Positions 1 through 7,525 are shown, numbered from the stretch's first letter. The stretch: 17,444 nucleotides of DNA from Deltaproteobacteria bacterium (GCA_022601155.1 JAHZJA010000309.1:1-17444), one strand, 5' to 3'. Notes: a model not told the origin generated them from the letters alone. Numbers and translations are program-made.

Positions 1-243
1 GGCGCCTGCTTGCACCAGCGGCTCGGCGGCATCGCGGCCCGAGGTCAGCACGCGGAGGTCGAAGCCCGCGCAAAAGCGACCGGCTCGACCGGCGAGGACG
101 ACCGCCTTGGCCTCCTGTTCGGCGCGATCGAGCGCAGCGCCGAGCGAAGCCACCATCGCGGGAGAGAGGGCATTGACCTTGCCGTCGTCCATCGTGATCG
201 TGGCGACGCCATCGTCCAAAACGTAGTGTGCAGGCTCGGTCAT
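1..243 (-). CDS. Enoyl-CoA hydratase/isomerase (crotonase) family protein, N-terminal fragment; continues past the left edge of the window
   Basis: This ORF is not in the track because it runs off the window. My own translation of the reverse complement from the ATG at 243..241 reads MTEPAHYVLDDGVATITMDDGKVNALSPAMVASLGAALDRAEQEAKAVVLAGRAGRFCAGFDLRVLTSGRDAAEPLVQAGA. It shows the classic crotonase N-terminal layout (IT...K.NAL..., then vvLxGxxxxFCAGxDL). It starts 26 nt downstream of the lspA stop on the same strand. Confidence 0.6.
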   Translation of the reverse strand, partial: MTEPAHYVLDDGVATITMDDGKVNALSPAMVASLGAALDRAEQEAKAVVLAGRAGRFCAGFDLRVLTSGRDAAEPLVQAGA

Positions 244-269
244 GGTGCTCGTCGTCGGGCGGTGCGTGG

Positions 270-1106
270 TCACGCGTCGGCTTCGGGGTCGGGCGCGTCC
301 AAGACGTCGCCGTGGCGCAGGAGGAAGATGAGCAGCAGCAGCACCCCGGCCACCAGGGCGACGTCGGCCACGTTGAACGTGGGCCACGCCTTGCCCTTCC
401 AATAGAAGAGCCGGATGAAGTCCACGACCCCGTGGCGCATCTCTCCGCCGACCTCCGCCATGCGGAAGAACCGGTCGTGGAGGTTACCCAGCGCTCCCGA
501 GGCCACCATTGCAATCGCGACGAAGGCCGAGCCAAAGCGTGTGGGCAGGTTCCGGGCCAGGTGCGCCATGTACAGCAGCGCGAGCACGGTGATGCCGATG
601 AACAGCATCCGGCTCCAGGAGGCGTCGCGCAGCAGGCTGAAGGCCGAGCCGGTGTTGAACCCAAACTCCAGGTAGGCCCAGCCCTCGATGAGCATCCGGC
701 CGGGTTGGTCCTTGAGGTTGTCCCAGGCCCACTGCTTGGTGACCAGGTCGAGCGCGAGCAGCACCCCGGTGACCACGGCCACCATGATCAGTCGGCTGGC
801 GCGGGAGGGTCCGTCCGGGATCACCACTGGCGGCGGGCTCGTGTCGGCGCCAGCTTCGTCGTTGGCGGCAGCTTCGTTGGCGCCAGCTTCGTCGTCGGCA
901 GCTTCGTTGGCGGCAGCTTCGTCGTCGGCAGCTTCGTCGGCACCGGTCGCTTCGTCGTCCGCAGCCGCGTTGGCGCCAGCTTCGTCGGCACCGGTCGCAT
1001 CGTCGCTCGTGGCATCGCCCACGGTGTCTTGCGCAGCCGCGGAGTCGGGCGGCACGGGAGCGTCGGAGTCGGCGTCGGGCTCGGCGTTGCGATCGTCTTC
1101 GGCCAT
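270..1106 (-). CDS. lspA: Lipoprotein signal peptidase (signal peptidase II); the conserved core is about 270..824 and the N-terminal ~95 aa acidic repeat extension is uncertain
   Basis: ORF 270..1106(-) starts at an ATG at 1106..1104. The C-terminal ~180 aa carry the LspA hallmarks: LLALDLVTKQW, GFNTGSAFSLL (the FNxGxAFS box) and PTFNVADVALVAG (the FNxAD catalytic Asp box). There are four hydrophobic segments. The N-terminal part is Ala/Asp/Glu low complexity encoded by a 15-nt tandem repeat. In-frame alternative GTG starts at 827 and 824 would give a normal-length LspA. Confidence 0.85.
   Translation of the reverse strand: MAEDDRNAEPDADSDAPVPPDSAAAQDTVGDATSDDATGADEAGANAAADDEATGADEAADDEAAANEAADDEAGANEAAANDEAGADTSPPPVVIPDGPSRASRLIMVAVVTGVLLALDLVTKQWAWDNLKDQPGRMLIEGWAYLEFGFNTGSAFSLLRDASWSRMLFIGITVLALLYMAHLARNLPTRFGSAFVAIAMVASGALGNLHDRFFRMAEVGGEMRHGVVDFIRLFYWKGKAWPTFNVADVALVAGVLLLLIFLLRHGDVLDAPDPEADA
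852..998. repeat. Imperfect tandem repeat, mostly 15-nt units (agcttcgtcgtcggc / agcttcgttggcggc / agcttcgttggcgcc), inside the lspA 5' region
   Basis: Read directly from the sequence. Consecutive units begin with agcttcg at about 852, 870, 885, 900, 915 and 930. An exact 21-nt copy, agcttcgtcggcaccggtcgc, occurs at 930..950 and again at 978..998. On the minus strand the repeat encodes A-[AD]-[DN]-E-A pentapeptides in the lspA frame and T-K-L-P-type repeats in the +1 frame. Confidence 0.9.
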
Positions 1107-1175
1107 CGGGTGAGGCGCAGCATAGCAGGCATGCGTGCGCTCTCGGAGGGGGCCGCTGGACGGCGGTCGTCGTGG

Positions 1176-2039
1176 TCAGGGCGCGGGGCGTGCCGTGCGG
1201 CGCAGCCCCCAAACGCCCAACACGACCATGCCCAGGGCGATGAGCTGCGAGACCGACAGCAGCAATGGCTGATCGGCGGCCAGGCCCAGCGCGCGTGCAA
1301 CGGGGGGGATCGGGAGGTCGAACACCATGCCTCGCGAGGGATCACCGCGGAACATCTCCACCGTGAAGCGCAGCAGGCCATAGCCCAGCGCATAGCGGCT
1401 GGCCTGCCTCCATGGTGTCTCGACACCGCGTTGGCGTCGAATCCACACCAGCACGATGAACAGCAGCGCCAGCCCGCCCGCTTCGTACAGCTGGGTCGGG
1501 TGCAGGGGCACCGTGTGGCCACCGACGCGCGCGACCTCGCCCGCGCCGTAGGCCACCGCTTCGGCGTCGAAACGAATCGACCAGGCGACATGCGTGGGCG
1601 CGCCCCAGCAGCAGCCGGCCATCAGACACCCGACGCGACCGAACGCGTGGCCCAGCGGCATCCAGGTGGCCCCGGCATCGCAGACCTCGGAAAACCGCGT
1701 CTCGTAGCGGCGTGCGAGCCAGGCAAAGCCGCCGACGATCGCGAGCATCGAGCCAAAGAACACGAACCCGGTGGTGTCCAGTGCCCACAGTCGAGAGGGA
1801 TCGTCGATGTACGGGCCGGGGGCCGTGAGCACGTGCAGCACGCGGCCCCCGATGGCCGCGCCGAAGATCAGCACGAGGTAGAGGTCGAGCAACATGGTGC
1901 CCGGCCGCTCGCGACCCATGCCCCGCTGGCGCAGCTCCCAGTACGCGCCGGGCATCGCGATCGCCCCGCCGAGCAAGATGAGCGTGCCGTAGGCGTTGAA
2001 GGGACCGAGCCCGGGCAGCTCGAACAGGACGGGGTTCAT
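1176..2039 (-). CDS. lgt: Prolipoprotein (phosphatidylglycerol) diacylglyceryl transferase
   Basis: The track ORF 1176..2096(-) begins at a TTG with a Pro-rich 19-aa leader. The ATG at 2039..2037 gives MNPVLFELPGLGPFNAYGTLILLGG, a typical Lgt N-terminus. Family motifs are present: GHAFGRVGCLMAGCCWG (the GRxGCxxxGCCxG box), HPTQLYEA, and multiple TM segments. Confidence 0.9.
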   Translation of the reverse strand: MNPVLFELPGLGPFNAYGTLILLGGAIAMPGAYWELRQRGMGRERPGTMLLDLYLVLIFGAAIGGRVLHVLTAPGPYIDDPSRLWALDTTGFVFFGSMLAIVGGFAWLARRYETRFSEVCDAGATWMPLGHAFGRVGCLMAGCCWGAPTHVAWSIRFDAEAVAYGAGEVARVGGHTVPLHPTQLYEAGGLALLFIVLVWIRRQRGVETPWRQASRYALGYGLLRFTVEMFRGDPSRGMVFDLPIPPVARALGLAADQPLLLSVSQLIALGMVVLGVWGLRRTARPAP

Positions 2040-2129
2040 GGTGGGGCCGGACTCGGGCCGCGGCCGAGGCGGTGCCGCGGTGGGTGAGCCCGGCAACGAT
2101 AGCGTGACGCCGCCCTGGGGGCGATCGGC

Positions 2130-3038
2130 CTACGCGGGCGTACGCAGCAGGTCGTACAGCGCGGCCTTGCGTCGACGCGGCCACTCCGAGGGGGTTCGCG
2201 ACAGCGCCCGACGACCGCGGGAGACACGTTGGTCCATCGCTTGCCGGGACATACCCTCCAATGCCACCGGTCGCGCCTGTTGCAGCTCGCGGAGCTCCAT
2301 GCGGGGCTCGTCCAGCAGCGACGACAGTGCGTTGTTGAGCAGCACGGACTCGGGCAGGCGAAGCTCCCGAAGGGCAGCCCGCAGGCGGGCGCGCATCGCC
2401 AGGCGCTCGCGCAGATCTGGGCCGGAGATCCGCAGGGCCGAGGCGCGCTCGGCCGCCTCGCGGGCCACCGACACGCGGGCCGCCGCGTACATCAGCAACC
2501 CCGGGCGGACCTGTTGCTCGTCCATCGCGGGATCGTCGAGCAGCTGCTCGACCTCGGCCCAGGCGATGGCATCGATGTCGCTGTCTTCACCGCCGAGCCG
2601 CTCGAAGTCTTCGGTGCCCCACACGGCCAGCAACAGACGGAGACGCAGGCCCTCGAACACCAGCAGCTCGGCCAGCGCGCGCTGCAGCGGAGCCGAGGGA
2701 TCGTCGCTGGGTCCAGCTGCGCGCGCCAGATCGGCCAGCGCATCGACGAAGCCCACTGCGCCGTGGTCGGCTCGATCGACGCCGCCCTCGACCCAGCTGC
2801 GCAGGTCGCCGGGAAGCTCTACGAACAGCGCGTCGCGGAGGTCTTGGTGGAACTGCACCAGCTCGGGGAATTGAGGATCTGCCACTGCACATGACAGCGG
2901 GATGCCTTGGTCGAGAGCGTCCCGGGCTTGATGGGCCACGGTCTCGAGCTCGGCGCGCAGATCACCGAGATCGACGGCGTTGCGCTCCACGGGGGCGGGC
3001 AGGGCGTTGGATACCGCTTCGGTGACTGGGCCGTACAT
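2130..3038 (-). CDS. Hypothetical protein (302 aa), acidic and Leu/Arg-rich and probably helical; a weak HTH-like stretch lies near the C-terminus
   Basis: ORF 2130..3038(-) has an ATG at 3038..3036 and codon usage like its neighbours. It sits in a co-directional array 43 nt downstream of the SDR-like gene and 90 nt upstream of the lgt ATG. I recognise no family. The stretch LEGMSRQAMDQRVSRGRRALSR loosely resembles an HTH recognition-helix region. Confidence 0.5.
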   Translation of the reverse strand: MYGPVTEAVSNALPAPVERNAVDLGDLRAELETVAHQARDALDQGIPLSCAVADPQFPELVQFHQDLRDALFVELPGDLRSWVEGGVDRADHGAVGFVDALADLARAAGPSDDPSAPLQRALAELLVFEGLRLRLLLAVWGTEDFERLGGEDSDIDAIAWAEVEQLLDDPAMDEQQVRPGLLMYAAARVSVAREAAERASALRISGPDLRERLAMRARLRAALRELRLPESVLLNNALSSLLDEPRMELRELQQARPVALEGMSRQAMDQRVSRGRRALSRTPSEWPRRRKAALYDLLRTPA

Positions 3039-3081
3039 GGGACTGCACGCGGTTTAATCATCGCCACGCGCAGCGCAAGGG

Positions 3082-3945
3082 TTACCGTGCCGATTGCTCT
3101 TCGAGGCGATGCATCGGCACGGTCAGTCGCACGCCGAGCAATTGCTTCAATCGTCGGTTGGAGACCCGTTTACCGCGGGGCACGGCGTTTGGCCGGGCGG
3201 GCTCGGCCCACTCCACCGCGTCGATTCCCCGTACTGCCGCGATGCGTCGGTACATCTGTCGCCGTGGCGTGTGGTCGTCGTCGACCACATGCACCACGCC
3301 AGACAGTGACGGCGGCGCCGCCATCGCCGCCAACACCGCCGACACCGCATCGTCGCGATGGATCAGGTTGGTGGGGGCCATGCCATCGCCCGGCAGCGGG
3401 CCTTCGCGCCTGCGACGGTAGAGCCGATCCAGCGCGCGGTCGGGGCCGTACAGACCGCCCAGACGCAGCACCAACCATGGGATGCCGCGGGCGGAGGCAT
3501 GGTCGATGACCACTTGCTCGGCCCGTCGCTGCACGATGCCGCGCTCGCTGGTCGGCCACACGTCGCAGCGTTCGTCGAGCCAGGCATCGCGGTCGGGGAG
3601 GGCCGAGGTCGAGCCCACCCACACCAGTCGTCGCAGTGTGCCCGAGGGCCATCGATCGAGCAGGCGTCGGGTGCCCTCGACGTACAGCGCGTGGCGGTCT
3701 TGGGTGCGCCCTGGCGCGTAGCACATCACCGCTGCGGTGGCGGAGCCGAGGCCTTGCGGCTGGAGGTCGGCATCGCCGACATCCAGCGAGAGCATTCGAA
3801 CGCCAGGCGGGGTGGGCCCGTCCCGCCATTGTCCCGTGCGGGTGGACGCGATGACCGAGGCCGGAGCGGCGTGGGCCACGGCACTGCCGAGGTAGCCCGC
3901 GCCGATCACCGCCCAGGTAGGCGGAGCGTCGTCGGTGGTGCTCAT
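3082..3945 (-). CDS. NAD(P)-binding Rossmann-fold protein, SDR / NAD-dependent epimerase-dehydratase-like
   Basis: ORF 3082..3945(-) has an ATG at 3945..3943. It has an N-terminal dinucleotide-binding loop, WAVIGAGYLGSAVA (GxGxxG). A later stretch, LVLRLGGLYGPDR, is typical of the extended-SDR/epimerase family. It starts 13 nt after the stop of the upstream thioredoxin-like gene. Confidence 0.65.
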   Translation of the reverse strand: MSTTDDAPPTWAVIGAGYLGSAVAHAAPASVIASTRTGQWRDGPTPPGVRMLSLDVGDADLQPQGLGSATAAVMCYAPGRTQDRHALYVEGTRRLLDRWPSGTLRRLVWVGSTSALPDRDAWLDERCDVWPTSERGIVQRRAEQVVIDHASARGIPWLVLRLGGLYGPDRALDRLYRRRREGPLPGDGMAPTNLIHRDDAVSAVLAAMAAPPSLSGVVHVVDDDHTPRRQMYRRIAAVRGIDAVEWAEPARPNAVPRGKRVSNRRLKQLLGVRLTVPMHRLEEQSAR

Positions 3946-3958
3946 CGGCGGCCCGGCT

Positions 3959-5701
3959 TCACTGGGGTTTGGGGGCCGCGAGCACGTCGTCGAGCATCGC
4001 GCCCACCGTCGAGCCGCTCAGCTGCGGAGAGGTGGCGATGATCGTGCCGTTTTCGTCCAGCAGCACCGCGTACGGGATGCCGTAGATTCCAAACAGTCCG
4101 CTGGCGGTCGCGAAGTCCATGTGCCCGTTGCGCCACGGCATCGGGAACCGGTCCTTGCGGAACTCGACGACCTCTTCGGTGCCCTTGTCGACGGAGATGC
4201 TCAGGATGTCGAACTGTCGGTCGCCTCGCTTGGTCTTGCGCTTGGTCTTGTACTGGTCGTAGGCGGCGTGCAGCTCGTCCATCTCGGCGATGCATGGCTT
4301 GCACCACGTCGCCCATACATCGACCAGCATCACCTTACCGGTCAGGCTCTCGTTGTTGATCGTCGTGGCCTTGGCCCCCGGGCGCGACTCGATGCTCTCG
4401 ATCTCGAAGGCGGGCATCGTGCCGCCCTTCTTCACGGCGCGGTCTGGGTCCATCTGCTTGGCGATGAAGAAGTACGGGGTGGTGGAAAACCGCTGGTTCT
4501 GCAGCCGATCGAAGGCGTCGCGGATGCCCGCGGTGTCGCCCTTGGTGCTGGCTTGGTCCAGCCGGCCAAAGAGGATCTGCGCGGCGACCATCGGGGGTAG
4601 CTCCTCGTCGAGCATCGTGTCCAGGCGTTGGCGATCACCCGCGTCATCGGAGAGCTTCACTGCGGTGACGAGCGCGTCGGAGAACATCTCCCAGCCGGGG
4701 TGGGTGGCCGACAGCTCGCCGATGAGCTCCTTGGCACGGGCACGGTCGCTGTCGGAGGCTTGGTCGGCCTCGTAGGGGCCGAGGCCGAAATAGGCGGCCA
4801 GAGCCATTTGCCGCACGTTGGGGTCGCTCTCGCCCTCGAGCACCTGCACCAACTCGGCGCGGGCGGGGCTCCAGTCGTACCCCTCATAGAGCGCCTGTGC
4901 CTCCTGCCGATTGCCCGGCTTGTGCTCGGTCAGCAGGTCGCGGAAGCCCTGCTGAAGCTCATCGGCGCGGTCGTCCAGGGCGACGAGTCGAGCCGAGGCC
5001 CCGCTGGGATCGGCAAAGGTCAGCGAACGCTGCGCGTCGGAGGGCGGGAGCTGGGACGGGTCGACGGTGACCCGAGTGCGACCCGATGCCGTGGCCAGGA
5101 TCGTGCGGTAGTCACCGCCACCGTCGTACTCGACGGTGGACGAGCCCGGGGCGTTGGTCGAGCGACCTCCCGCGTGGCCGGAGATCTGAACCCAGATCTG
5201 AGGGGCGTCGGTCTCGACGTCGACGCTGTAGATCCCATCCTCACCTTTTTCGAGGGACTTGCGCTCGGGAGGAGCCTTGTCCGGGGCGCCGGTCCACACC
5301 AGCGCATTGATCGCCTCGATCGGCTCGGTGCGCTCGTACGTGCCCAGCTTGATGTCGACGCGAAGCGGCTTCGGTCCCAGGACGACGGCGAGCTTCGTCT
5401 GTGCGTGGTCGATGCCCGTGATCTCGAGCCGGGCCAGTCCTTGACGCTCGGCCGACAACGAGAACGCACCGTCGGGACCGACGAGGGTCTCGATCGCGTC
5501 GTCGTCCTCGCCGCCCAGCACACGGACGTGGGCCACCTTCAGCGGTGCGCCATCGTGCCCCACGACGGTGCCTTCGATCGTGCTGATGGCCGGGGCGGGG
5601 GTCGAGGGGATCGCCGTCTGGGGCGTTGTCGTCGGTTCCGGATCGCCCTTGGAACACGAGGTCGAGAGGATGACGGCGAGTAGCAGCAGGGAATGGCGCA
5701 T
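3959..5701 (-). CDS. Lipoprotein with a C-terminal TlpA/ResA-like thioredoxin domain (thiol:disulfide oxidoreductase) and a large N-terminal region of unknown function
   Basis: The track ORF 3959..5743(-) starts at a TTG. The ATG at 5701..5699 gives MRHSLLLLAVILSTSC, a signal peptide plus lipobox (Cys codon at 5656..5654). The C-terminus has GKVMLVDVWATWCKPCIAEMDEL, with the CxxC motif WCKPC at 4292..4306, as in TlpA/redoxin-family proteins. Near the N-terminus, IEGTVVGHDGAPLKVAHVRVLG looks like a carboxypeptidase-regulatory-like beta-sandwich. Confidence 0.8.
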   Translation of the reverse strand: MRHSLLLLAVILSTSCSKGDPEPTTTPQTAIPSTPAPAISTIEGTVVGHDGAPLKVAHVRVLGGEDDDAIETLVGPDGAFSLSAERQGLARLEITGIDHAQTKLAVVLGPKPLRVDIKLGTYERTEPIEAINALVWTGAPDKAPPERKSLEKGEDGIYSVDVETDAPQIWVQISGHAGGRSTNAPGSSTVEYDGGGDYRTILATASGRTRVTVDPSQLPPSDAQRSLTFADPSGASARLVALDDRADELQQGFRDLLTEHKPGNRQEAQALYEGYDWSPARAELVQVLEGESDPNVRQMALAAYFGLGPYEADQASDSDRARAKELIGELSATHPGWEMFSDALVTAVKLSDDAGDRQRLDTMLDEELPPMVAAQILFGRLDQASTKGDTAGIRDAFDRLQNQRFSTTPYFFIAKQMDPDRAVKKGGTMPAFEIESIESRPGAKATTINNESLTGKVMLVDVWATWCKPCIAEMDELHAAYDQYKTKRKTKRGDRQFDILSISVDKGTEEVVEFRKDRFPMPWRNGHMDFATASGLFGIYGIPYAVLLDENGTIIATSPQLSGSTVGAMLDDVLAAPKPQ

Positions 5702-5870
5702 GACGTGGACTCCGTCGCGGCCAGGCCGGTCGCGAGGCACCAATGCTACGCGATACGAGGCCGGCTCGGTCGTGGTGTCGCTGCTTCGTGCCGCGGACGC
5801 CCTGGCACTGTTGTTCTGGTGCGGGGCCTCGGGTGATGCGCCGTCCTGGCGCCGATCCGTTCGCGATCGA

Positions 5871-6350
5871 TCAAGACGAGGGCGCTGTCGGCTGCGGGCC
5901 GCTATCGTCCGTCGGTGGGGTCTCGCGCCCCGACAGCAGCACCAGGCCCACGAACGCGAACGCCAACCCCAGTGCCTTGCGCCCGCTCAGTCCCTCACTG
6001 AACGCGACCAGCCCGATGGGCAGCAGGACCACAGCGACGGCGGCATTGGAGTACAGCGCAGCCACGCCGATGTCCCAGCCGGCCCGGTACGCGAGCAGGA
6101 ATCCCAGCTCCAGCAACACCACCGTCACGCCCAGGATGGCGCTGGCTGGTCCGAGCTTGCGCAGGGCAGGGCCCAGGCTCTCGCCGCCACCGAGCCACGG
6201 CCAAAGCAGCGCAGAGACGATCAACGCCACGGCATACGTGACCATCAGCGAGGCGGCCGGGCTGGCATCGGGGCGGATGGCCTTTTGGCACAGGTGGTAT
6301 CCGATGTTGGCGACGATGGTCAGCCCGATGGCGAGTGCGTACAGCGGCAT
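5871..6350 (-). CDS. Half-size EamA/DMT-superfamily membrane protein (159 aa, about 5 TM)
   Basis: The track ORF 5871..6713(-) is Arg-rich junk for its first 121 codons, which overlap the 3' end of the upstream gene. The internal ATG at 6350..6348 gives MPLYALAIGLTIVANIGYHLCQKAI and five hydrophobic segments. The protein ends LLPIGLVAFSEGLSGRKALGLAFAFVGLVLLS, which is typical of an EamA domain C-terminus. Confidence 0.65.
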   Translation of the reverse strand: MPLYALAIGLTIVANIGYHLCQKAIRPDASPAASLMVTYAVALIVSALLWPWLGGGESLGPALRKLGPASAILGVTVVLLELGFLLAYRAGWDIGVAALYSNAAVAVVLLPIGLVAFSEGLSGRKALGLAFAFVGLVLLSGRETPPTDDSGPQPTAPSS

Positions 6351-6400
6351 GGGATCCGTTCCACCGCGTACTCTAGACCACAACCGAGCGCGTCGAGCCT

Positions 6401-7525
6401 TCAGCGGGCCGACCCGGCGCCCGCGGGGTCGATCCCCAGCCGCCGCAGGACCTCGTCGGCGATGGCGATCGATGAGGTCAGCCCCGGGCTCTCGATGCCG
6501 AACAGGTTGCACAGGCCGGGGATGCCGTGGTCTCGCGGACCGTCGATGCGAAAGTCGGCGGCGGGCTGGCCCGGCCCCACGATCTTGGCTCGAATGCCGG
6601 CGTAGGCGGGCTGGAGCATCGACACGTCGACCTGCGGCCAGTAGCGCGCTGCCGCCTGGGCAAAGTGTCGAGCCCGCCCGGGATCGACGGTGTAGTCGAT
6701 GTGATCGACCCACTGCTGATCCGGGCCCAGACGAACACCGCCCCCTATGTCGAGGGTGACGTGGATGCCCAGGCTGTGGGTGTCGGGAACGGGGTAGACC
6801 AGGTGCGACAGCGCAGGCCGACCCGCCACGGAGAAGTAGCTGCCCTTGAGCAGATGGGAGGTGGGGATGTGGTCGGGGGACAGGCCCGCGATCGACTGCG
6901 CCACGGCGGTCGCCCCGAGGCCCGCGGCATTGACCAGCAGCTGGCAGCGGACGGTGGTCGAGCCCGCGTGGACATCGTTACCGTCCTCGCGCGGAACGTC
7001 GGACTCCAACGGGGTGGCCAGGGCGAGCGAGGCGCCCAGGTCGTGGGCCTCGGACCACAACGCACGCAGGAGCCCCTCGCTGTCTACGATGGCCGTGGAG
7101 GGGGACCACAGCCCGGCCACGGCCACCACTCGGGGCTCGATCGCGGTGATGTCGTGGGCATCGAGCGGGCGCAGATCGTCGACGCCGTTGTCGTGGGCAC
7201 GCGCGCGCAGGGCAGCCAAGGTGGCGCGCTGGGCCTCATCGGTGGCGACGACCAGCTTGCCGATCGGGCGATACCCCACGCCCCGGGAGGCGCAGTAGCG
7301 CGCGAGGGCATGGCGGCCCTCTACGCAGAGCCGGGCCTTGAGGCTCCCGGGCGGGTAGTACAGGCCCGCATGCACCACCTCGCTGTTGCGAGAGGAACCG
7401 TGCTGCCCCATCCCCCGTTCGCGCTCGATCAAGACCACTTCGCGCCCAGCTCGGGCCAGGGCGCGGGCCACCGCCACACCCACCACTCCGGCGCCGACCA
7501 CCAGCGCCTGCACCCGCTCGGGCAT
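6401..7525 (-). CDS. FAD-dependent oxidoreductase, L-2-hydroxyglutarate oxidase/dehydrogenase (LhgO)-like
   Basis: ORF 6401..7576(-) has its track start at a GTG. The ATG at 7525..7523 gives MPERVQALVVGAGVVGVAVARALA (FAD GxGxxG), and alternative ATGs lie at 7537 and 7534. SSRNSEVVHAGLYYPPGSLKA and the C-terminal FGIESPGLTSSIAIADEV are characteristic of the LhgO/L2HGDH-type subfamily of DAO-family flavoproteins. Confidence 0.75.
   Translation of the reverse strand: MPERVQALVVGAGVVGVAVARALARAGREVVLIERERGMGQHGSSRNSEVVHAGLYYPPGSLKARLCVEGRHALARYCASRGVGYRPIGKLVVATDEAQRATLAALRARAHDNGVDDLRPLDAHDITAIEPRVVAVAGLWSPSTAIVDSEGLLRALWSEAHDLGASLALATPLESDVPREDGNDVHAGSTTVRCQLLVNAAGLGATAVAQSIAGLSPDHIPTSHLLKGSYFSVAGRPALSHLVYPVPDTHSLGIHVTLDIGGGVRLGPDQQWVDHIDYTVDPGRARHFAQAAARYWPQVDVSMLQPAYAGIRAKIVGPGQPAADFRIDGPRDHGIPGLCNLFGIESPGLTSSIAIADEVLRRLGIDPAGAGSAR

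Noticed and set aside
228-2087. 619-aa plus-strand ORF, along with 688..1113(+), 484..1212(-) and 821..1591(-) upstream of 1132, 1342..2184(-) and similar ORFs overlapping lgt and lspA
   Set aside because: These are shadow ORFs typical of very GC-rich DNA. Their translations are Arg/Gly/His/Ala low-complexity strings without motifs. They overlap genes with unambiguous Lgt and LspA signatures. Only the 821..1132 part of the minus-strand +1 frame is kept as an open question (see findings).
2040-2096. TTG- or GTG-extended N-termini offered by the ORF track (lgt 2096, thioredoxin lipoprotein 5743, kinase 7594, oxidoreductase 7576, Cys-rich lipoprotein 13456, sigma 11693)
   Set aside because: In each case the first track codon is a non-ATG codon. 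The added residues are Pro/Arg-rich or break an otherwise canonical N-terminus (signal peptide, Rossmann loop or ECF region 1/2 start). Downstream ATG or GTG starts fit better. The choice remains unverified.
5803-5819. Sigma54-like TGGCAC-N5-TTCT on the plus strand in the gap between the EamA-like gene and the thioredoxin lipoprotein gene
   Set aside because: The -12 GC dinucleotide is missing. The element also points away from any plus-strand gene, since both flanking genes are on the minus strand.
6351-6713. N-terminal 121 codons of track ORF 5871..6713(-)
   Set aside because: The translation (MGRSHRLHRRSRAGS...) is Arg-rich junk and overlaps the 3' end of the LhgO-like gene in another frame. 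The membrane protein clearly begins at the ATG at 6350.
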